This document shows positions 7,373 through 10,458 of a stretch of 10,458 nt of DNA, piece after piece (position 1 is the first letter of the stretch; every line of letters begins with the position of its first letter). The notes under the pieces are model-generated. The model was not told where the DNA came from and made no database searches. It was given only the letters and a program-made list of their open reading frames with translations. The stretch comes from Chthonomonadales bacterium. Lineage in GTDB: Bacteria; Armatimonadota; Chthonomonadetes; Chthonomonadales; Chthonomonadaceae. The translations under genes were made by a program, and so were the position numbers. Location: contig JBBQPO010000222.1 in assembly GCA_038217285.1 (NCBI GenBank), positions 1 to 10,458 of the forward strand. Direction: 5' to 3'.

Positions 7373-8710
7373 CTAAATGCGGCTTCCTTTTTCCATTGGA
7401 AGGCGCTGCAGCGGCAGTTTCATGCGGAAGATGCTCCCGGTACCGAGGATGCTTTCCACCTGCAGTTCTCCTCCGTGGGTCAGCACGACATCCCGTACCA
7501 GGCGTGTGCCCACGCCGCTTCCGTTCGCTTTGGTGCTGACGGAACGACCGTCCAGAATCGACTGCAGGATATGCGGAGGCATCCCGGAACCGTTGTCCTC
7601 GACTTCGATCTCCACGTAGTTGCCCGAGGGAAAGGTTCCTTCCGGCCTGTGCGCCAGACGCACCCACACCCGATCTCCCTTGTTGTGCTCCCGTATCGCC
7701 TGGAAGGCGTTGTTGACGAGGTTGAAGACCGCCTGCGCTACAAAGAACCCCTCGAAAGGGAACACAGGGACGACTTGCATTCCGCTCAAATCCACGTCTT
7801 GTCCATGTTGCCGCGCTAACTCGACCAACTGCGTAAGCTCCTCCTCCAGCAGCGCTTTCAGATCGCCCACCCGGAAATCGAAGAGGTCGGTACGCTCGCC
7901 GTATTCATTGATGACTTTGGACTGACGGATCACCTTCTGGGTCGCCGCAGAGAGCATCCCCTCCATCTCGTGATAGTACTGCTCTGCCGGCGAAGCGCCC
8001 GGCGTCCCACCCGGATTCAGGCTTACGATCTCCTCCAAGAGGAGAGGCCCGAAGCTCTGGCGCGCCATATCCAGGATGAGCGCCTGGTTCTTGAGTTGAT
8101 GGCCCAGAAAGCCAAGGATGCGCGTAAGCGAGGCCTGCTTCTCCGCTTCCGCGTGGGCCACGGCCGCCTCCTTCTCGACTTCAGCGCGGTGCGCGTTCGC
8201 CAGGACGGTCGCAGCCAATACACTGACGAGGGTGAGCAGTTCCTGATCGCCCCTGTCGAAGACCCCCGAACGCTTGTTGAGCATCTGGATCACGCCGAGA
8301 GGCTGTTCCCCGAAAGCGCGGATGGGAGTCGTCAGTGTGCAACGCGTTTGAAACCCGGTATCCTCGTCAAAGTTCGGATCGAAACCTTCTTGAACGATTT
8401 GAGAACGCCCTGTCTTGAAGACCGTCGCACACTGGCCGGGGCTCGACAGGGGCACTGCTTTTCCGCTCAGCTTGCCCGCCGCATCCCCGAGCACCTGACG
8501 GAATACGAGATGATTCTCCGTGGGATCGTAGAGCAGGATAGAACCTCCCTCCGCATTCGTCGTCTGCAGCGCGACCTCCAGTGTTTCGGCCAACAGCTCC
8601 TCGACGTCGGTCTTGGCATACAGAGCGGCGCTGATGCGATAGATTGCGGCCAACTCGCGACCGCAGGGATGAAGGTCAGAACCTTGCGCCAGGATACTCT
8701 CGTCGGACAT
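7373..8710 (-). CDS. Cytoplasmic GAF-domain sensor histidine kinase (445 aa), orphan
   Basis: SD AAGGAGGAGG. GAF domain (GSILLYD...LVF, FDEDTGFQTR, LGVIQMLNKRSGVFDRGD), H-box GHQLKN, N-box FNLVNNAFQA, G1 VEDNGSGM, G2 STKANGSGVGT and G3 HGGELQVES. No TM segment. Confidence 0.92.
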   Translation of the reverse strand: MSDESILAQGSDLHPCGRELAAIYRISAALYAKTDVEELLAETLEVALQTTNAEGGSILLYDPTENHLVFRQVLGDAAGKLSGKAVPLSSPGQCATVFKTGRSQIVQEGFDPNFDEDTGFQTRCTLTTPIRAFGEQPLGVIQMLNKRSGVFDRGDQELLTLVSVLAATVLANAHRAEVEKEAAVAHAEAEKQASLTRILGFLGHQLKNQALILDMARQSFGPLLLEEIVSLNPGGTPGASPAEQYYHEMEGMLSAATQKVIRQSKVINEYGERTDLFDFRVGDLKALLEEELTQLVELARQHGQDVDLSGMQVVPVFPFEGFFVAQAVFNLVNNAFQAIREHNKGDRVWVRLAHRPEGTFPSGNYVEIEVEDNGSGMPPHILQSILDGRSVSTKANGSGVGTRLVRDVVLTHGGELQVESILGTGSIFRMKLPLQRLPMEKGSRI

Positions 8711-8919
8711 TAGTCACACTCCTCCTTCAACACTCGCACGAACAAAATAGATCCGTACCGCACTTATTCACCATACGAGCGGTCGTGTCCTGGATTGCTG
8801 TGGAAAAACTCCTTTTGCTGGAGTGAAGTTCTATACAAGGGGAAGCGCACCTGTCTGGTGAATAAGGGATTGCCGATATCTCCCATGGCTTATTCTCGGA
8901 AAGGCGGACGTGTGTCGTA

Positions 8920-10458
8920 GTGGCTGCTTCTCCAGATTCTGCCCCTCTTTCAGCTTCTTTCACTATTACCGGCGGTACGCTCTCGCGGGAAGACTCCTCC
9001 TACGTGGTGCGGCAGGCCGATACAGATCTCTACGAGAGCCTGATCGCCGGGGAGTACTGCTATGTCCTTGATAGCCGACAGATGGGAAAGTCCTCGCTGT
9101 GCGTGCGCACGAGGGCGCGTCTGCAGGAGCAGGGCGTGCGGACGGTCTCCCTGGATCTGGCCAGGATTGGGGAGGCGGGCGTCACCTCCGAGCAGTGGTA
9201 TACCGGCCTGCTCACCGAGGCGGGTAGCGATCTGGGGCTGCGCGAAGAGTTCCTCGCCTACGGGAACGCGCACCCGGAGTTCAGCCCTCTCCAGCGCTTC
9301 TTCGGAGCTTTGCTGCACGTCGGTCTCGATGCCGCTCCCTCCCCGCTCTCTGTTTTCATCGATGAGATCGAGGCCGTGCGCTCCCTCTCTTTCAGTACCG
9401 ACGCGTTCTTTGTCGCCATTCGCCAATGCTTCACCGGACGGATCCTGGAGCCGGATCTCAACCGCCTCACCTTCTGCCTGCTCGGAACCGCGACGCCGGC
9501 CGACCTGATCTCCGATACCCACACCTCTCCCTTCGACATCGGCAGGCGTGTGAAAGTCAGAGACTTTATGGAGAAAGAGGCCGCTCCTCTGGCGCAGGGC
9601 CTCGGAGAGAACGGCACGGCCTTGCTGTCGCGAGTGCTTACCTGGACGGGAGGGCATCCTTATCTCACGCAGCGCCTCTGCCGCTCCCTGGCCGATGCGG
9701 AGATCCGTACCGTCGCCGATGTAGACACCCTGTGTACCGATCTGTTCCTGACGCCCACAGCCATGGAGGGCGACGCCAACCTCAGCTTCGTCCGTAACTG
9801 TCTGCTGCGCTCGGAAGTCGATCGCGCCGCCCTCCTCGATCTCTACAGCAGGATCCGAGAGGGCAAGCACCTACCCGACGACGAAACCAACCCCGTCACC
9901 CGCGTTCTGAAACGCTCCGGCGTGGTAAGCGTGCAGCAAGGCGAGCTCAAGGTGCGCAACCGAATCTATGCCCACGTTTTTGACCGGGCCTGGATCGAGC
10001 AGAATCTACCGGATACCGGTCGAAGAAGGCAGACGCAGGCGTTTCGACCCAGACTGCTTCCGGCGGGGGTGGTGCTGCTCATCGCGACAAGCCTTACAGG
10101 GTTGGCGATCCGCAATGTGCGCCTGGCCGACCATAATACACGTCTGGCGCGCGCAGAAACCGCGCGTACGAAGCGGGCAGCAGAGGAGGCAGCCGCCAAT
10201 CGGTATGCCGCCAATATGAACCTGATCCAACACGACTGGGAGAACAATGACGTCGGGCATGTGCGGGAACTGCTGGAGGCCACACGAGCACGAGGGCAGG
10301 GAACCTTCGAGTGGGGCTACTGGAATCGTCTCTGCCACCTGGATCTGCTCACGCTTCAGGGACGTAACGAAGGGATCTGGTCCGTCGCCTTCTCCCCAGA
10401 CGAGAAGCATATTGTCACCGGGAATCGGGACAAGACGGCAACGGTATGGGACGCCGCG
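8920..10458 (+). CDS. AAA_35/STAND-type NTPase + TM helix + WD40 repeat protein (3'-partial, 513 codons in window)
   Basis: Manually translated frame is open from GTG 8920 (in-frame TAA at 8863-8865 upstream) to the window end. It reads TGGTL...SYVVRQAD, Walker A YVLDSRQMGKSS (~9061-9096), Walker B VFIDEIE (9352-9372), TGGHPYLTQ, VRNRIY, hydrophobic LLPAGVVLLIATSLTGLAI (10054-10110), YAANMNL...FEWGYW, and a first WD40 repeat LTLQGRNEGIWSVAFSPDEKHIVTGNRDKTATVWD. Confidence 0.92.
   Translation, partial: MAASPDSAPLSASFTITGGTLSREDSSYVVRQADTDLYESLIAGEYCYVLDSRQMGKSSLCVRTRARLQEQGVRTVSLDLARIGEAGVTSEQWYTGLLTEAGSDLGLREEFLAYGNAHPEFSPLQRFFGALLHVGLDAAPSPLSVFIDEIEAVRSLSFSTDAFFVAIRQCFTGRILEPDLNRLTFCLLGTATPADLISDTHTSPFDIGRRVKVRDFMEKEAAPLAQGLGENGTALLSRVLTWTGGHPYLTQRLCRSLADAEIRTVADVDTLCTDLFLTPTAMEGDANLSFVRNCLLRSEVDRAALLDLYSRIREGKHLPDDETNPVTRVLKRSGVVSVQQGELKVRNRIYAHVFDRAWIEQNLPDTGRRRQTQAFRPRLLPAGVVLLIATSLTGLAIRNVRLADHNTRLARAETARTKRAAEEAAANRYAANMNLIQHDWENNDVGHVRELLEATRARGQGTFEWGYWNRLCHLDLLTLQGRNEGIWSVAFSPDEKHIVTGNRDKTATVWDAA

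Noticed and set aside
8885..8920. 11-codon uORF MAYSRKGGRVS whose TAG overlaps the STAND gene GTG
   Set aside because: There is no well-spaced SD or informative composition, and such an ORF is expected by chance. It would need ribosome profiling.
8950..9870. 306-aa minus-strand ORF, the longest call the track gives here
   Set aside because: It is antisense to the AAA_35 NTPase, which the track omitted because its stop lies outside the window.

Overview
GC-rich bacterial accessory region; the gene content is reminiscent of Armatimonadota or similar PEP-CTERM-rich soil bacteria (inference only). From left to right: (1) a probable IS3-family terminal inverted repeat truncating the 5' end of a PEP-CTERM surface protein gene, followed by an intrinsic terminator. 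(2) A ~190 bp REP/REPIN-like inverted repeat made of four TGAA-loop hairpins. (3) A minus-strand modification cassette with a truncated, frameshifted Asp/Asn beta-hydroxylase-like 2OG-Fe(II) oxygenase and two translationally coupled sulfotransferases. (4) A divergent four-gene sugar/sugar-acid catabolic operon: Gfo/Idh/MocA dehydrogenase, xylose-isomerase-like TIM barrel, enolase-superfamily dehydratase and RraA/HMG-type aldolase. (5) An orphan GAF histidine kinase with an atypical H-box. (6) Divergent from the kinase and missing from the supplied ORF track, the first 513 codons of a membrane-anchored AAA_35/STAND NTPase-WD40 protein with no N-terminal effector domain. All family calls come from motif recognition by eye; no database search was run.
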